A program made the position numbers and the translations under genes. A stretch of 64,000 nt of DNA from Tubiluchus corallicola (lineage: Eukaryota > Animalia > Priapulida), in the NCBI GenBank assembly GCA_030141605.1, contig JAQGDQ010000009.1, positions 682,001-746,000 on the forward strand, written 5' to 3'. Below, one piece after another: positions 1 to 13,859 of the stretch. Below the pieces are notes generated by a model. The model searched no databases and was not told the origin of the DNA. It was given only the letters and a program-made list of their open reading frames with translations. Numbering within the stretch: the stretch's first letter is position 1; each line of letters begins with the position of its first letter.

Positions 1-524
1 CGCACATTGCCCTGAAGGAATTGCCACAACTGTTCGGATTCCCTCTGAGGGCATGTGTGATCACTTAGCCTACATGCTCAACATGTTTTTATATTGAGTT
101 CAGGTTACTAGCAGACCGAAGTAAACAAGAGTTCATTTATTTTTCCATAAATTGAAAAGTTATAAATTTTTTAATTAGCTGGAATTATTGAATTTTCAAT
201 TATTGAATTATTCAATTATTGAATTAGCAATTTAATGACCTCACTTACGCCACAATGACCAAACTTTTAACGGACCTTGCATGTTTTACAGGCCAAACCT
301 GAAAACTATTAAAACCATTTGGTTAGATTTTAAAAGCCTGAGTTTTAATTTTAAGAGACTAAGAGAAATTGTGTGACTAACGTTCATATTATAAACAAAA
401 ATGAAACAAAAATGAGAAACGACTCCTAATTATATGGTTATTAAGAACTCGTTTTCCTCTTCATCAATCAGTCTCCTAATTTTTTTGCTCCAGCTTAATA
501 ACACGTATGTACAGCTGTATAAAG

Positions 525-1700
525 AGGCGTTTACCTGGTATCCGCAATGTGTTATGTGCTATCCACTTGTGGAATGGTTGCATATAAAAAATCAAAAGGA
601 AATAGCTACAGAAAAAATAACGCAGATCTGATAAACGGGTGCATTGAAAACAATACAAACCGACTTCTATTCCGCATAACAAATACGCATTGCGGATGCC
701 AGTTAGACGCCGCTTTACAGCTATTCTAGCTGAAGCTACTAACTAAATATCTAGTATCTAAATATATAAATAACGCCTGAATATTTCCTGATGTAACATA
801 TCGATTTTGCCCGAGTGCTTAACATCTTTGCATTAATATTTTGCATATGGATAGCTGCATAACGGCGTATAAAACTAATGTCATACCACTTGAATGCATG
901 TATTCGTGTAAGCAACCCCATAGTTCAATATGTTACTGTACAATGTACATGCCGGGAAATACAGTATTAGAGTTTCGTGAATCGTTACGTTACTTATTTA
1001 ATGGTTTATGATAGTGGAAAGTGGGCATACATTATACAGATGCTGCATTTTTTATGATAGCGCATTGCGTGTACTGCAAGTTGCATGCAAAGACCGTACG
1101 AATCTTTGCACTGAGTAACTGAAATATGAAATACGAATCAACCCACCACGCTTACACGCCTAAAATTTACGTGCAGGCTAATGACAATTTTTAGACCTTG
1201 GTGCTAATTGCGCTTTGAATTTCCACACGTGATGCTTGCCCTCGTTATACTGGTATTCCACAGGGCTAGACGTTTATTATATTCATCTTTTAACCTAACT
1301 GCATATATATATATATATATATTTATTTATTTATATATATATGCAGTTAGGTTAAAAGATGAATATAATAAACGGTATATAATATAAGTTAACAATAAAA
1401 TCATAGAATGCTGTTGGAAGCTTTGGAGCCAATCACCTTTGTAAGAAAATCAACTTAGTGACTAGTAGTCCGCAAATTAAAAAACGACATTAGGCATACC
1501 TCATAAAGTGGCGTTTGCCAAACGTACGGAATGTGTTATGAGTTACCAATCTGAGGGACAGCTACTGATTAAAAACCCATAAGAAATAGCTGCAGAAAAA
1601 ATAACGCGTAACGCAGGTCTGGTAAAAGGTGCACTGAAAACAATATAAACCGATTTTATCTATTCGCTTCGGCATAACGCATACGCATTCCGAATGTTAA
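525..1700 (+). repeat. Two diverged direct copies of a ~190 bp segment (~525-720 and ~1510-1700)
   Basis: Both contain aatgtgttatg...aaatagct(a/g)cagaaaaaataacgc...gtgca(t/c)tgaaaacaata(c/t)aaaccga...gcataac...atacgcatt. Confidence 0.75.
1271..1374. repeat. Perfect inverted repeat (~40 bp arms) around an (AT)n/ATTT spacer
   Basis: Left arm cgtttattatattcatcttttaacctaactgcatatatat; right arm atatatatgcagttaggttaaaagatgaatataataaacg is its exact reverse complement. Confidence 0.9.
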
Positions 1701-1888
1701 CTAGTAATTCTAGTAAACGTCACTTACGCCAGTATAATGTGGAAAATTAACGCAAACAGTTAACGTAGCTACAGGAATTAAAATTCTTAACTATATAGCT
1801 ACTAGGCATGGCCTATAAACCAAGGTAACAGACAAGTATTATTGTAGGAGAAATACTGTATGATACCACTGTGTGGATGTTAAATATG

Positions 1889-1921
<33 letters not shown>

Positions 1922-3949
1922 AACAATAGTGCCAGACTGTTAATAATTATACATGATTAAAAACATTGATGAAGCGATGTTAGTAAATAAAAAATACTTA
2001 AACCTTACAATTCAGACATTTTTACACACAACTAAAAACTTTTAAGTTTAGGTATATGTATAATATACAAATTTATAGAGAAGGTTATGTATCAACATTT
2101 ATATTTACGTATATATAATTTTATATATATTGCTTGTAACATCTGTATTTTTGATAATGACATTTTGATTCACAAATTATAAATGCATTTTAAGCAAATT
2201 GTATAAACCTACACAAAACAAAAAATTTACTTAATTACCTGCAAATGAGGCCCTTCTCAGTCACATTTCTTGCTATTTAGGCTGCGGCACACACCAGAAA
2301 CGTCCAGTATTCTGCACTTATTATTATTGACTACACAAAAGCTACAAGTACACCCCGCATCGAGCAGTTGCGAGTGCCTGTGACCGCTGTTCAACCAGCA
2401 ATAAATTGATTTCCCTAGAATCGGTGCTACAGTGCAAAACCTTACAAGAGGGAAGCTATGTGTACTTGCAAGTTGCTTGCATACAGTAATAATTGTTTGC
2501 TGAAAACAACTGGCTAAGCTTATTACTGTTGAATCTTGTACATTTTGACGGAAAAAAGCCTTGAAGTTGTGTTAAATGTTTAAAACCGGATCCACAGTCT
2601 ATTCTACGACAATGCCAATACATAGAAAGATAGCGTTACAAAAATCGTCTGCAAAGCATGTTATATATGTGTCATGGATGCAGATTTCAGATGCTTAATA
2701 GTAAAACATTGATTTTATTGTAAGCTAACATTTCTGTTTCTGTCGTCCCATCCACATCCCAGTTATTAAGCAATATTTCCAGCCACGCACAACAATTTAT
2801 GATATCATACAATTCTAAATGTTAATATATAATTTTCTTTATAAATTTATGATTCATTTTATACTGGTATGCATATACAAAATAAAGAAACATAAGCTTT
2901 CAAGAGCTTTTGAACCGACAACCAACCATTCATATTACTTTTTATAATTTGCATACAATTTTAGTCAATTTAATCAACATTCAGTTTCGTAGGGAAGACT
3001 GAAGATGACTGTAACGTTTCGTATTATATTCATTTGTATATAAACGCTCAGTGATTGTGGCATACGCCAGCACAAAGCCAAAACACACAATTATTAATAA
3101 CAAAGCCCTGTACGTTTTGTATTCATTAACATTGTTGGCATGTATGGGATTACAAAGCCACTCTGCCACGGAGATATCAAGGAAAATAAAATCAAATGTT
3201 GTAACACAGCGTGGGTAAAGTTGAAATTGAAAGTTCTTTTTTCGGTGAACTATTTCAGTAAACAGATGACAGTATATATTAGAAGCAAGTCAAAACAACG
3301 GAGTACCAAAAACTGAAAATTTACTTATATTGTATTGAAAAAATGCCGATAAAACCTTTAACAGCAAAATAGATGAAGAAAGTGCACTATCAAAAACGTT
3401 GGCTCTGTTAAGCAAATTTTGACTGAACTCTACCGTAACTGCTGATAAATGATTGGATTACTACTATAGGGTGATCGAGAACAAACAAGCACTGGAATTT
3501 GTAAATTATGATGACAGTGACATTTGCCAATTACATCACAATAAAATGTGGTTAAGTGCTAAGTAATTAAATTTTAGTAATGTTAAGTTTTAGCGCTCTG
3601 TGGCCTGGTACACTGGAAGGCCTCTTGGATAAACCAAAAAATGGCAAAAATTTACTTAACGATAGGGTAATAGATGACTTAGCGAAGAAAACTAAATAAA
3701 AGAAAATTGTCTACCAAAAAAGTTATGCGTAAAACGATGAACTCAGACCACACACACTCGTTTCGTGGTAAGAATTAAGGTTAGTTTTAAATAGGGTTCG
3801 AAACTTCGAATTTACATTAAAGCAAGTTCTGAGTTAGGATTAGTGAGGTTTGCTAGTCTGAAGATTTATTAGTTCAAATATTCACTTTAAACTTTAAATA
3901 AATTTTCACGTTGGTCTGCAAATATTTCGACACAAACACTGTTTCACCA

Positions 3950-4290
3950 TAAAACATTTGGACATTGATGACATTGGGACACATAGGACAATTGGGTATA
4001 AAAGCAAAATGAACACACAGGACACGTGTTCACATGATATTTGGGTACACAGGATAGGACATTAGGATGTTTGGACACCTAGGACGTTGGGCAAGGAGAA
4101 CATATGGACACAAAACATTTTGACGAGTAGGATGTCTGGATACAAAGGACATATTAAGGTACATATAAGACATATGGACACTAGGGTCATTTAGTCAGAT
4201 AGGACATCAGGGCCGACAGGACATATGGACACAGGATGCACAAACACGACATTTGGAGACAGAGGATATTTGGACACAGGACATTTGACC
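3950..4290 (+). repeat. Degenerate GGACA-based minisatellite
   Basis: Recurrent ggaca/gacac/ggacat units at ~9-10 nt spacing. Confidence 0.7.
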
Positions 4291-4380
4291 ACCACCAGTA
4301 GCAGCAACAACAACAACAGCAACAGCAACAACAGCCAGCCAGCAGCAGCAACTACAACCAACAAACAACAAGAACAACAA
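4288..4380 (+). repeat. (CAA/CAG)n trinucleotide simple repeat
   Basis: cagcaacaacaacaacagcaacagcaacaacagc...; explains the poly-Leu ORF 4191..4406(-). Confidence 0.8.
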
Positions 4381-6419
4381 ATAATGTATTGCAGTTCATG
4401 AGGCACTGCACTTAGCCAAAAAAATTAAGAAATGAAAATCAAACTCAGTGCTAATCTCTTGCGTGACTTCGTTAATTCACTTTGCTCATGTGCTTGATAA
4501 TGATGACCAAAATTAAATGCATTGCTTAAGTTGCAGTAGGAACTTCTTGTCTTTTTTATGTTTGTCTTTTTACGTTGCCTTAAATTGCTTTTGTGTTTTT
4601 TACCTTTGCTTTTAATATTGATCGTCTTTTTTGCTTTTATCTTTCTTACGTTTGCCTTATTTGCCTTTACGTCTCTTTCATTTTTGCTACTTTTACTTGT
4701 TTTTCAACATCCATCTTTTCCATTATCTTGTTCACTTTCGTTCACCAACCAAATGTGGCTCAGACAATGCTGTGCTTCAAAAGCTGGGATTGTCTAAAGG
4801 ATCCCGGATAAGAGCCAATATATGAAAATTAGGGAAAACTGCTCTGCTCAGTACCCACGTGAGTAAACCGCACTGGTCACTCGTACGATTAAACCGCATT
4901 ACACGGTTTAGACCATTCATACTTAAGTGAAAATACAGGCTTAGATCTGAATTCATTCTGCCTTGTTCTTACTGTACACAGCTCACATACCCACTTATTC
5001 ATAATACTTCTTCGTGTTCAAACTGATATCTATTCTGTCCATCCTCTGAAAATACTTTAATTAAATCAGTTATTATCTTATGTCTGCTGAGGTTTCCACT
5101 GCTTTATAGCGCTGTTTTCGCCATCTACATTAGGAATTGTTATAAATCTTGATAGGTCTTCCAGTTTTAAATGCATTTATTCTGTAACAGGAATAACTGA
5201 ACGAATTGTTTTTGTGTTTGCATTGTAAATCATTACAACATTGTCAAAAATTTATTTAACGTTTCAAGCATATGATGATGATGATGATTAATCTTTATAA
5301 TTATATAAATAGTAAATAGTATTATATAAATGGTACACAAATTAGACTTAAAGAGCTTCTATAGTACGCATAGGGCATGCCATAGACATTCAAAAGGCGG
5401 CAGCACAATACAATTATCTACCAAATTACGTTTTATAAGTATGGAAGCAAGTCTAACTAGGGTAAAATTACGACAGCAGCATGCTAACTTTGGAGTTCTA
5501 TAATGAGAGAATTGCATAAAAAATTAACCTGCAGCCCAGTGCAAATTATAAACATTAAATTTTATTTTCTATTACATGTATAATAATTGACGATAAGATT
5601 TTTTTTCAATTTCATCAAAAAGAAGTCAACTGCAAAATAAATGCTACCAAGAAACATCTTTTTACAGAAAGCAGTCAAAAATATACGTTTCTAATTTCCA
5701 GGAACACTGGTAACATCCAGTAAAAAGAACAGACAAACTTTAAAGGGTAAAACAGGCTTTGGTGTATCATCCACAGCTCCACTTGGAAACATACTTTCTA
5801 TTAATTTTAAAAGACCTATGAAAGGGAATGTTTGCTAAACTTCGTGGTCTGGTTTATACTTGCTCTTCGTAGTAAATTTGATTATAACTGAACTCACACA
5901 AATCTGCAAAAATAGCTAGACACATATTAAAATATAAAATTCAATTTAATACAGTAGGTAAATTTGTTAAACACCAAAACTTTATAATTACCTTTATTTT
6001 CTTCAATTTGTTTTGATTCAACTTTTTTAGCTTATTTTCTTTTAATAATTGCTTTTATCATAATGACACAATGATCAGTCATTAACGTATCAAAAAGACA
6101 AATATCATATCAAAAGACTGAAAATAAACTAACATAATTATCAAATTAGTAAATACCTTTCCTGTTCATCAATTTAATATAATTTACATTTAATCTTACT
6201 GCACATGTATCACATTGGTATCACAGTTAACATATAAGTTTAATTTTCAATCATCGAACTACCTTTGTCCAGATCTGAACTGGTCTTTGAAGACTTTAAA
6301 AAACATGCCAAAAAGCACAGCTGAACGAAGAATGTCAGGGGACTATTTGCCAAGTTAACAGACAAGGACTGCGGAAAATAATTAAACATGTAACTGAAAA
6401 GCAAAGCTAAACACGCTAA

Positions 6420-6880
6420 TTAAAAGGTTACGAAAAGGAAATTTTCAAGTATGTCCCATAATGTTTGAAAGACTTATATAACTGGAAAAGAAAGCTCTTA
6501 ATACTTAAAATATTCACACCACCTAGTAAAATGGCACTGAATCACCATCACAGGGTGCACCACTGATTTACCAAAAAACATTGCTGATATTATTAACAAT
6601 ATAAAATCATTTAAACTTTTGCTTAATTAGTGAAGAGTGCGCTGCTACGAATGCTCTGATTATTTTTTCAAACTTTACGCAAAGTTGTCTAAACTTGCCT
6701 CAAATGACTTACAGTCAAAACTGCTGCGCCTAACGGTCATCGTGGGAGTCTAAATTTACAAGTTTTATACAGCACTACTGCTAACGGAAGCCCTGCGTGC
6801 AAGATATCACGCAAATAATATAAAATTTCAAGACAAATTTTTTAACCTTTATTGAAGAAGAGTGTTTTCTTGTACTTTAA
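6420..6880. mobile_element. Non-autonomous DNA transposon family A, copy 1 (TTAA-flanked, Kolobok-like)
   Basis: Similar throughout to 17550-18259, 44645-45123 and 54807-55296 (shared aaagactta...aactRgaaaag, gtgcacca.tga, gaagagtg, tttttcaaacttt, aatttacaagttttata); begins TTAAAAGG, ends CTTTAA. Confidence 0.7.
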
Positions 6881-6971
6881 ATTTGCAAATTGCATTTGAA
6901 TTAACAGGAAAGTTAAAGACTAATAAAGTGTGAGCCTAACACACAAAACAATATTGCAGGTCACGCATAAG

Positions 6972-8489
6972 TCACTTTAATAGATTTTCTATATTGAAAG
7001 AAGCTATATCTTTCTGGCTTGCTTCCCCTGGAATCCACTTACGAACAGCAAAACCTATAGGAGCAGAAGACGCAACTAACAATGTGTATCCACCATCAGA
7101 TGCTATATTCATCTGCATGTTATCGATAGCATAGAAATCACCCCATAGTGTAAACATGTCTAGAGGATCTAACGGATTAAATGAAGCAATTTTCTTTGTT
7201 TCATTCAACTCCAAAAAGAACACCACTACATAACCGTATGCTGTTCCCACAGCTAGAAGATTACCGCATAAACAAGCAACAGTAAAACCTGGTGCAGCAC
7301 GAGGTACATGAAAACGTTTAAATGCGGTTCCATAATATGAAACAAAAACATCAGAACCATCTACTACAACTACTAGTGGGCCTTGTACAGCTATAGCATG
7401 TTGATGTATTGCACTGAAGTCAACCCTTTGGTGCTGAATATCTGGATTTGTCTGGTCGATGTTCCAGCACTTTGCACCATCTTTAGCTATAGAGTAAACT
7501 TTTCTATCCCATATACTAACTTGTACTACATTACTGCGAGGGTGCAGGTAAAAATGAGCTTCTGGTTTTGCATCTGTTGATTTTATCTTATCAGTGATGC
7601 TCCATAAGGATATATAACAGTCTGTGGTAGCAACAGCAAATATCTTTCCTATGCAAGAAATGCTCTGGAATGGTCCCGCATAGTAATAAACATCACAAAT
7701 TGGTTCTAATTTCTCCTGGTCCAATTTGAGCATAGTCAAAGCAACACATAATCCACTGCGGTTAGAAATTGACAAAATCAGAAAGAAGCGAGCACCCTGT
7801 CTAAATGATTGTTCATTCTGACAGCACTCGCCTCTGCATCCTAACAACGGAACCAAGTTAATATCTGAAACAGGGCGAGGGTGCCTTTTCGTGCTCGCTA
7901 GCGGTTTTGAAATCAGTTGATTCCACAACGAAACTTGACCTTGAGGTGATCCGGACACTAAATGATCCCCAGCCAGTTTGAAAGATGTAAATCGGAATGT
8001 GGTTTTCTTCAAAGCATCAAATTTTCTAAAATGTGCTAGTCTTCTGCCACTAAACCATATTGTGTAGAGTTTCTTCCATGGAAAGACATGATCACACTTT
8101 TTCTGTACTGGCTTCTCTGCAGAAGGCGGTCTAAGTGGAGCCAGTAATGCAGCAACTTGTTTCTCCAGCTCAACACAATCTTCTTGCTTAGGCTGATTCA
8201 CATGAAATAACCAGGGCTGATGTTCAAGCTCATTTACATTGTTTGTGATATCTGTCAGGAAATTCATGCATTGTTTGCAACATAAATGTAACAGCCAATG
8301 TTGTTTTAATACTAAAGAAAACACAGACGTATCTATTTCACTCAGTACATTCTTCTTCCAACCGTCTGTCCACGTACTGATTGCCCTGTACCACAGCCAG
8401 CACACACAGGAGCATTTTGCTAAAGAATAACCATCCAGAAAACCAAAAATGTGCATCAACACTTCAATGGGCAAACAAGACAATTCCAT
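6972..8489 (-). CDS. F-box / WD40-like repeat protein (FBXW-like SCF substrate receptor), CDS in a single large exon
   Basis: Open frame of ~505 aa; N-terminal F-box LSCLPIEVLMHIFGFLDGYSLAKCSCVCWLWYRAI; WD40-like strands LVSGSPQGQVSLWN, FAVATTDCYISLWSI, LLAVGTAYGYVVVF. The track's start at 8501 is a TTG inside a splice acceptor (tttacttatttgcag|GATGAGATG); first ATG at 8489. Confidence 0.85.
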   Translation of the reverse strand: MELSCLPIEVLMHIFGFLDGYSLAKCSCVCWLWYRAISTWTDGWKKNVLSEIDTSVFSLVLKQHWLLHLCCKQCMNFLTDITNNVNELEHQPWLFHVNQPKQEDCVELEKQVAALLAPLRPPSAEKPVQKKCDHVFPWKKLYTIWFSGRRLAHFRKFDALKKTTFRFTSFKLAGDHLVSGSPQGQVSLWNQLISKPLASTKRHPRPVSDINLVPLLGCRGECCQNEQSFRQGARFFLILSISNRSGLCVALTMLKLDQEKLEPICDVYYYAGPFQSISCIGKIFAVATTDCYISLWSITDKIKSTDAKPEAHFYLHPRSNVVQVSIWDRKVYSIAKDGAKCWNIDQTNPDIQHQRVDFSAIHQHAIAVQGPLVVVVDGSDVFVSYYGTAFKRFHVPRAAPGFTVACLCGNLLAVGTAYGYVVVFFLELNETKKIASFNPLDPLDMFTLWGDFYAIDNMQMNIASDGGYTLLVASSAPIGFAVRKWIPGEASQKDIASFNIENLLK

Positions 8490-9699
8490 CTCATCCTGCA
8501 AATAAGTAAAAATATTAGACTCATATTATTCAGCTTAGCGAACAAGACACATGATACACAATTTCGAACAATTACTGTTCATTTTCAAGGTATGCTAGAA
8601 ACCAGAGAATTTCTCCCATAATGTAGAAACAACTTGGAAATAAAAATTCAGTAGATAATAGCTAAATATTGTTTTATATACATACACATTATGCAGATAA
8701 TTATGATACTTTACTTTATATAGACTATCTTCATTAGAATGAAATTATTTTAACCTTGTAACCTTTCCTAAAATTTTCATATGTTCTCTAGTACCAGGTA
8801 TGTAGGCCTACTCCAGTGCCATGTACCTTGAAGCAGTGACAAGACTGTACACAGTGAAGACGCACAAGGTGTGCAGTACACAGTGAGGTAGTATATACCA
8901 AGGTGGCATGCGGTGCTATAGTAGACAGCAAGGTGGTACATGGGAAAGTCCAGCAAGCATACACATCCCGCACAAATCTAATCAATAAATGAAATCAGCT
9001 TTCAAACCAAGTGCAAGCAAGAGGGTAAGCAGTGCCAGGAGTCTCATGGCATGTTGCTTTTTGCTGTTTTGCGTATGACTGGATGCCTGTAAATAGAGCC
9101 TAGCTGTTACAGATAGAAAAACAGGCAGCAACAAATATAGATGATTTAACCTATAATGCCTTTTAATGACAAATTTTTCAGAATGGGAAGCCTAATGCTT
9201 TTTGTAAATCAACAATTTGATTGAGCACGTATGGCATTTAAATCTACACAGCTCACTGATTCAACAGCTGAATTAATTCAACAGTAAGCCTAGCTACGTA
9301 TTGTACGTACGTGTACGCATTACACTACGAGACATATAGCATTAGGGTTATAAAATTCGATTTGTTTATTTGTCTCACTGATTACCTTATATTCCAGTAC
9401 ATGCAATTTTAATACAATATATACACAGAGATGAGTGGCAGAGACTAAAAACAATCAACTAGGCTATGGTCATTTCAGCAACATGACGAAAAATGTCCTG
9501 ATGGGGCATGTCACATAAGAAATCATATTAGAAATTGTGTTTTCTTATATTAAACTCCTATTGATGGCCTGGCGAGACTTTTAGAAAACACCATACAAAA
9601 CAGAGTTTTGCAGTAATGAGTTTCGTAGTAACAGGTAACCATATGTGATTACATAGGATTTTTCATAACATGGATGAAAGCCAACCGGTTATCAATTAA

Positions 9700-10810
9700 T
9701 TTTAAAAAACTAAATTTATGCTAATTAACAATAAAACAAACACCAATGAAACTTTTCATGTAAAAATAAACGATAGGAAAATAGATGAAACAGAAGACAT
9801 AAAATACATAGAATACATAAAATAAACATATTAATTGATAAAAAGCTGTCATGGGGAGCACACATCAAACATATCACATACAAGTTAAGTCGCATATCGG
9901 GAATCACATTAAAACTAAGGAAATATGTTAATCAAGCAACCCTAAAACTCCTGTATCAATCAATGGCATATCCGTACTTAAGTTACTGCATTTTGGCTTG
10001 GGGAACAGCATATTCATCAACACTAAAAATGTTAAAAACACAACAAAACAAAATCGTCAAACTAATAACATTTGCTGGAAAATCTGATCATGCCACTCCA
10101 TCATTCATACAATTAGCGGTACTAAAACTTTATGACATTTACAATTTAGAATTACTAAAATTTATGTGTAAATATAAACGGGGTTTACTACCCGATATTT
10201 TTGATGATCATTTTACGCCACTTACAGAAGTACATTCTCACTATACCAGGGCTGCTAGTTGTGACTGTTTTTTTGTAGAGAGATTCCAAACCAGGTGCGG
10301 ATGTAATAGTGTTAAAGCAAAGGGAGTTAAATTGTGGAACTCTCTACCAAGAAACATCACTACCGGCCCTATAAATACCATCACTAAAAATTACAAAAAA
10401 TCGTTACTAGACAGATATGTATCAACATTAGAGTAATTTTTTCTCTTACATTATTACTCAATACTATTCAGTAAAAATTATCTAATATTCCGTGTAAATT
10501 CGTTTAATATGGGAAATCAACATAAATTACGGCATTGTGATTAATTTCATCATCACTTTATTTTTACCACCGTTTGTTTATTCTTTTTTTCACTTATGCT
10601 ATTGTTGTTATGTTTGCTTTTATAATTCTGCTTATGTTTTTCTTTATTTTGTTACATTATTCTTCTGTCATCAACATTAAATTATAAGGGGTGAGTGAGT
10701 AGATGACCTACTGTTTTCCTCGCCCCATCTCCACAGACAAAGTTATTTTTTTTGTAAGACGAAAATTTGTGACACAAATTGGAGAAAAATAAAATGTCTA
10801 TGTCTATGTC
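9700..10810 (+). mobile_element. 5'-truncated CR1/L2-clade LINE (3' end of RT ORF2 plus 3' UTR)
   Basis: ORF 9963..10436 with YCILAWG, QQNKIVKLI, HSHYTR, GVKLWNSLP typical of LINE ORF2 C-termini; upstream W..HIKHI..KLSRISGI; ends with aataaa plus short (atgtct)n tail near 10790-10810. Confidence 0.8.
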
Positions 10811-11039
10811 AATTGGCAGAGACGTTATAAAATCATGGTACTACTGAGAGTTTCAATATAACTTATAAACAAAACCGTATTACCGAGATTCGAATATATT
10901 CACGTTACACTTATCCTCGTCATGTGCCTATTAGTATTACATCTTTTGACTGTACTTTTGTAGACACTAGGCAGGCACAAATGTAAAATAAAAAAATCTG
11001 CCCTCAAAACAAGACGTGTCTTCTTCAAAATCTCATTCC

Positions 11040-11320
11040 ACCTGTTGTAGACATTGAGGTACCAACATTTATCGGCGTATTCCACCCACTTCTATCTGCA
11101 ACTAACAGTAACAGCTAAGTGCTACTCCTAAAGATAGATTTGGGTGAAGTTGTTGAACATCTTTATTTATCTTAGCTATCCAAGTTGTTTTAGGTTTACC
11201 AGGTGTTTTTGCAAGGTTTTAAGGCTTCCTTTGAGGCGATTCTTACTGGTGCTTCATTTGGTAATCTTAGAAGATGTCCTAACCATTTTAATCTTCAGAT
11301 CTTGACTTTTTCACAACATG
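11040..11320 (-). mobile_element. RTE-clade LINE C-terminal fragment (decayed)
   Basis: Minus-strand translation RLKWLGHLLRLPNEAPVRIASKEALKP followed by stops; matches the RL.W.GH..R motif of RTE ORF ends. Confidence 0.65.
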
Positions 11321-12274
11321 TTTTTTCACAACAGCATTAATGCAATAACAGTAATCAAATACCAAGTTCAATTTCCGACATTGTTCAATTTTCTTTTATT
11401 TCAGACAACGTCATAGCGTCCTCAGCGAGACACCGCTCCAGTCTCGAGAATATGCATATAATTATAGTAGAACGTGACGACAAATACGTTCACATATTTT
11501 TCAACAGAAAGCGTGAGGGGGAAGGAGGGGGCATAGGTGTCTTTAAAAAAACCTGCCTGTAAGATGAATAAGGCTTTCTTAGCTTTGAAAAGATTAATGG
11601 ATCGCATGTTATTAAAAAGGTTAATAGGAGCAGTGGACTTACATTGCATTGTTTGCACTGTGTTGAGAACTGTAGGTGCCGTTGGTGATTTTAATAGCTG
11701 GGTTTGTGCATGAGGCTAATGCTAGTGGAGACTACTGAAAAAGTTTTATGGGTTATGTGGTTTGAACAGAGTCCAATTAAAGGCAAATCTTGAGACTGGT
11801 TCTGTTCCTGCTCTGCATAAATGACTCTACTAGAGCTGTATCACATAGCGGTTTCTACAAATATACAGATGACGCCAAAGTAAAAGTGTTTATATTTATA
11901 TTTAAGTAGCAGAAAATGATCCGTAAAAGTAGATGTATAAGGGGAAATGCTTGTAAGAGACACACACCCTACGAATAACAATGAATTAAAAGAAGCAAAA
12001 GAATCAACCAGAAGAAAATTTTATGAATGCATAAGAGAGTTAGTTATAAAAAAAGCTAATGCTTGTGAAGAGAAATTTATATAAAATAGAACAAATCATG
12101 TGGCAAATACATAAATGGACCGCTAAATTGCTGGAGGAAGTTAGGAAAAAATAATAGCAATACATGTAATAAGGAATTTTGGATGCACTTCAGACCAACT
12201 GCTGATAAGAAAAGGCTTGGAAAGGTAGAAAATTGAAGTCACAGAAAATTGAAGGCAGAATGAAAAAACTTGAT

Positions 12275-12470
12275 ATAATGTTGCGGACAATATTGAAATG
12301 TGAACTTGCCACAACATCGTATCAATGTTTTTGACAATATCTATTTCCATATTGTGAGAATGTTATATGATCAATATTCGTACCAATCTTGGTACAAACT
12401 CGTAAAAAACATTATAAAGAATATTAGTACAATGTTGTGGCAAGTCCACATTTCCATATGTCTCAATATT
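12275..12470. repeat. Imperfect inverted repeat (MITE-like remnant)
   Basis: aatgttgcggacaatattgaaatgtgaacttgccacaacat versus atgttgtggcaagtccacatttccatatgtctcaatatt. Confidence 0.6.
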
Positions 12471-12579
12471 TGTAAAAAATGTTGTGACAACATGGTGGTA
12501 AAAATTTTGTCGTGCTGGCTCAGTCTGCCTGGGATGTTATCTGCCTTTTTCTTTACATGAATTATTGGAAGTGATAGAT

Positions 12580-12900
12580 AGTTCTAAGGAAGGTTTTTAT
12601 TTGTATGAAGTTTAGTTATTAATGATTTTGTCTTTACTGATGATGTGTTATACAAAGGACGGATAACCTACCATACTAGAGTTAGCTGAATTTGTACATT
12701 ATAGAATGAGTTTTAGTCCATCTAAATGTGTGTATCTACTGTGTAGCAGGTGATGAAATGTTCCTAATGACGAAAAGCTTGAAAGTGTCATGCTGTGTGG
12801 ATATCAATTCCAGATAAAGAAATCAAAATTTTTAATGAAAGAAAATATTCCAGTCTGGCATTCAGAGAGAATGAAAGTGTAGATAGGATTTAAAATCTTA
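12580..12900 (+). mobile_element. Highly decayed reverse-transcriptase fragment
   Basis: VFTDDVLY (FADD-like) near 12630 and MSFSPSKC (F.P.KC motif) near 12705. Confidence 0.4.
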
Positions 12901-13859
12901 GGCAGGCCATTTTAGCACTGAAGTGGGGTTTATGTGGCATGCAGGTGCATTTTGGGGGGTGCAGAATAGATATATCGGTATATATTGGTTTCAATGCACC
13001 CATATATGCAGCCTGCGTGTGCGTCATTTTTTTCTGAAGCTACATACATTTCCTATTGATTTTTCCGCAGGCTATTCTGATTCGAAAACGGAAGTGAGAA
13101 GTTTAATTATAATGTTTCATTGTGTTGGAATTATTTTTAGTCAAAAGAATGTGAATTTTTAAAATTGCAGTGAATTTTAACAGTATGCAGGATGAATTTG
13201 CTGCATGAATACGGAAAGCTAGAGGATCTAGTAGTGCATCTAGAAAAACATTTAAAATTTAGCAAAAGAAAGTTCAAAACGGTACTGTTCTATGGTTGAT
13301 AGACACTTGGTTAATAAACTAAGGCCTTTCTTTAGAAGTTACATGAATGATATGAACAATACTAAATTATAGGTAAAAGCAACAACTGGAGTGTCAGAAG
13401 GGAATAGTAATCTGCAGCCAATGAACAAGATCTTGCGTACATAAAAACTACGTTTTGTGGTTGTGGTTAGGTTGAGTTTGAAACTTTGCAACACATTTTG
13501 CGACATTGCATTTTTTTTCATGACGAGAGTCAAAAGGTTGTTTGGTAGGCTTTTTCAGATGAGGAGCATGTGAGTTGGTTATTGTTTGGAAAATATATTG
13601 GTCATGGTTAAAAGCTTGTTAATAAGGTAATGAAGAGTTGTAGTGAGAGTGGAATCATGTATTTGGTTTAAATTTATTTTTTCTTTGATAGTAGAAAGTA
13701 TCAAGTAGCAATCTTTGATAGCTTGTTCTGAACCCTGACCTCATAGATATATAATTACAGTATTATTATAATTTACAGTTAAGTAGGAATTTCAGTGTTT
13801 ATGATTGACCCCCTTTGACCAAAGTAACCAAACCCGCTCTCTTCACGCAGAACGAAAGA

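Noticed and set aside
1-59. Hairpin at window start (cgcacattgccct...agggcatgtgtg)
   Set aside because: At the window edge and with no recognisable RNA family features; cannot be assigned.
4191-4825. Hydrophobic poly-Leu/Phe-rich short ORFs
   Set aside because: Products of CAA/CAG repeats and T-rich low-complexity DNA; no domain motifs.
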